From NCBI GenBank assembly GCA_028534125.1, contig CM052816.1, forward strand, positions 33,730,001 to 33,794,000: DNA of 64,000 bases, given 5' to 3'. The translations under genes were made by a program, and so were the position numbers. Of the stretch, positions 62,264-64,000 are shown in pieces (position 1 is the stretch's first letter; each line of letters opens with the position of its first letter). Source of the stretch: Lama glama (taxonomy: Eukaryota). Under the pieces are notes generated by a model. It ran no database searches, was not told the origin of the DNA, and saw only the letters and a list, made by a program, of their open reading frames with translations.

Positions 62264-64000
62264 CAGTTGACCCTTGAACAATGCAGGGATAAGGGGCACC
62301 AATCCCTCCACACAGTTGAAAATCCAAGCATAACTTTCGATTCCCCTAAAACTTAACTGCTAATAGTGTGCTATTGACTGGAAGCCTAGTGATCACATAA
62401 ATAGCTGATTAACGTGTTTTGTATGTTATATGTATTACATACTATATTCTTTCAATAAAGTAAGCTAGAGGAAAAAGTTATCAAGAAAATTATAAGAGAA
62501 AATATATTTATAGTATTGAACTGTATTGTTACTATATGTTTATTTACATCATCTGTTTACAAGATGAATCATCTGTCAGTAACTGTCAGACATCAATATT
62601 GTCTTAGATGGTACAAAACACTGTAGATGTTGTATGTATTAATAATACTAGACATCAAAAAATGAAAAGATAATGTGACAAAGAAATTAATATTTACAGG
62701 TATAATGGTTCATGCATTGATATTGAAGAAGCAGCAGTCTGATTGCTTTATGGTAGGTAAGTGCAATCCATACGACTGCTTCATGATGGCATAGCCTATA
62801 TGCTAATGACTGAATCACTATAAAACTTTTTGTGGCATACAGTATTATAGCCGTACTCCTTATTCAGTACTGGAAACACTATTAGATTTTAAAAAACCCT
62901 CTTACCAGTGATTATAGGCTGATATGCAGTTTCTCCAATCATGAGAGAGGCACACTGTACAGTAATTAATTATTTGAAAGCAAAGTTATGAAACAGTAAG
63001 TAGACTAACATGTTATTAATTATATGTTAAATATCACTCACCTCATGCCTATGTCAGGATAGGCTATCCACTTTACGTCTTGCACACGGTGTTCTACGTG
63101 ATGAATACTTAGGCAATGATGATGATGACACAAAAACATCTCATACAGTTCTTGCTGTACAGTTATTAGATTTTCACACAAAGACATTCATATATACATA
63201 CACAACAAATGTGTCTATTAACTGTATGGCATGATGATTGTTTACTATTTATTAAGTGAAAGTGGCTCTCATAAAGGTCTTTATCCTCATTGTCTTCACA
63301 TTGAATAGGCTGAGAAGGAGGAAGAGGAGGGGTTGGTCTTGCTGCCTCAGGGGTGGCAGAGGTAGAAGAGGTGGAGGAAGTAGAGAGGAAGGCAGAAGAG
63401 GCAGGCACACTCGGTGTACCTTTATGGAAATACATCCTAATTTCTGTCTGACTTTGTTGCTTTCTCATTTCTCTAAAAATGTTCCATTATGGTATCAATT
63501 ATTCTTCCACCATTTGCTTTAGTTGCAGTGCCCATATCATAGAAGGACCGTTGTCATTAAGGAAGTCAAAAGCAGTCGTGAATAACCGGAACCCTTCTGC
63601 CAGATTGTCTAAAGTCAATTTGATTTCTGGAGTTGCTGCTTCTACATTCTTCCTCACTGTCTGGTGCTGGTTTGGAAGCACTAATCTCCATCAAATCATC
63701 TTCTGTTCATTCATCCGGTGTGATGTCTTTAAGCTTTTAAATTTCTCCAAGATCTATATTTTGAAACCGTTCACTCCCAACTTTTTTTTTTTTTGTCATG
63801 TCCACAGTCTCTTTCATAATTTTCTTGATTGGCATTGTTATAAGTCCTGTGCAGTCATGCACAACATTTGGAGACAGTTTTCTCCAGCAGGAATTTATTG
63901 TTACTTTGGGCTTGATGGCTTTCATGGCTTTTTTTAAATAGCATCTTCAATGGTATAATCCTTCCACATCCTCATGATGTTCTCTCTGTCAGGGTTCTCT
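62264..64000 (-). mobile_element. Tigger2 (TcMar-Tigger) DNA transposon with decayed transposase 3' part, truncated by the window edge
   Basis: TA at 62262-62263 followed by the terminal inverted repeat 'cagttgacccttgaacaa'. Minus-strand peptides KAIKPKVTINSCWRKL and KLTLDNLAEGFRLF resemble the C-terminus of pogo/Tigger transposases; frameshifted. Confidence 0.9.

Noticed and set aside
63479..63937. Longest ORF in the window (152 aa, plus strand)
   Set aside because: It is the antisense frame of the decayed Tigger2 transposase.
1..64000. Prokaryotic systems (CRISPR arrays, operons, defence islands) or an intact provirus or endogenous viral gene
   Set aside because: The DNA is mammalian and repeat-rich, with no regular repeat-spacer array, no long ORF and no paired LTRs enclosing gag-pol-env.

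Overview
This is mammalian genomic DNA, AT-rich and CpG-depleted, with no recognisable protein-coding gene. The ORF track consists of chance ORFs and transposon remnants. Four copies of a tRNA-derived SINE resembling camelid Vic-1, plus two young L1 3' ends, point to a camelid (camel, alpaca or llama); this rests on my recall of the families, not a database search. The window is an intergenic or intronic stack of repeats: L2 and MIR, old L1M/L1MC/L1MA, MLT1/MLT2/LTR33/LTR40 LTRs, four MER34-like ERV1 solo LTRs, two unassigned solo LTRs, MER58 and a Tigger2 running off the right edge. Many insertions have readable target-site duplications (TSDs). The most notable observations are: (1) a polyadenylated MLT1C 3' fragment with a 17-bp TSD, which looks like an L1-mediated retrocopy of an LTR-terminated transcript; (2) a repeat-free TATA-box promoter candidate followed by four tiled inverted repeats; (3) a pre-miRNA-sized hairpin inside a possible Gypsy fossil; (4) a divergent pair of MER34-like LTRs; (5) a PU.1/IRF composite motif. 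I found no convincing new multi-gene system. Subfamily names are from recalled consensus sequences, and boundaries without a TSD are approximate.
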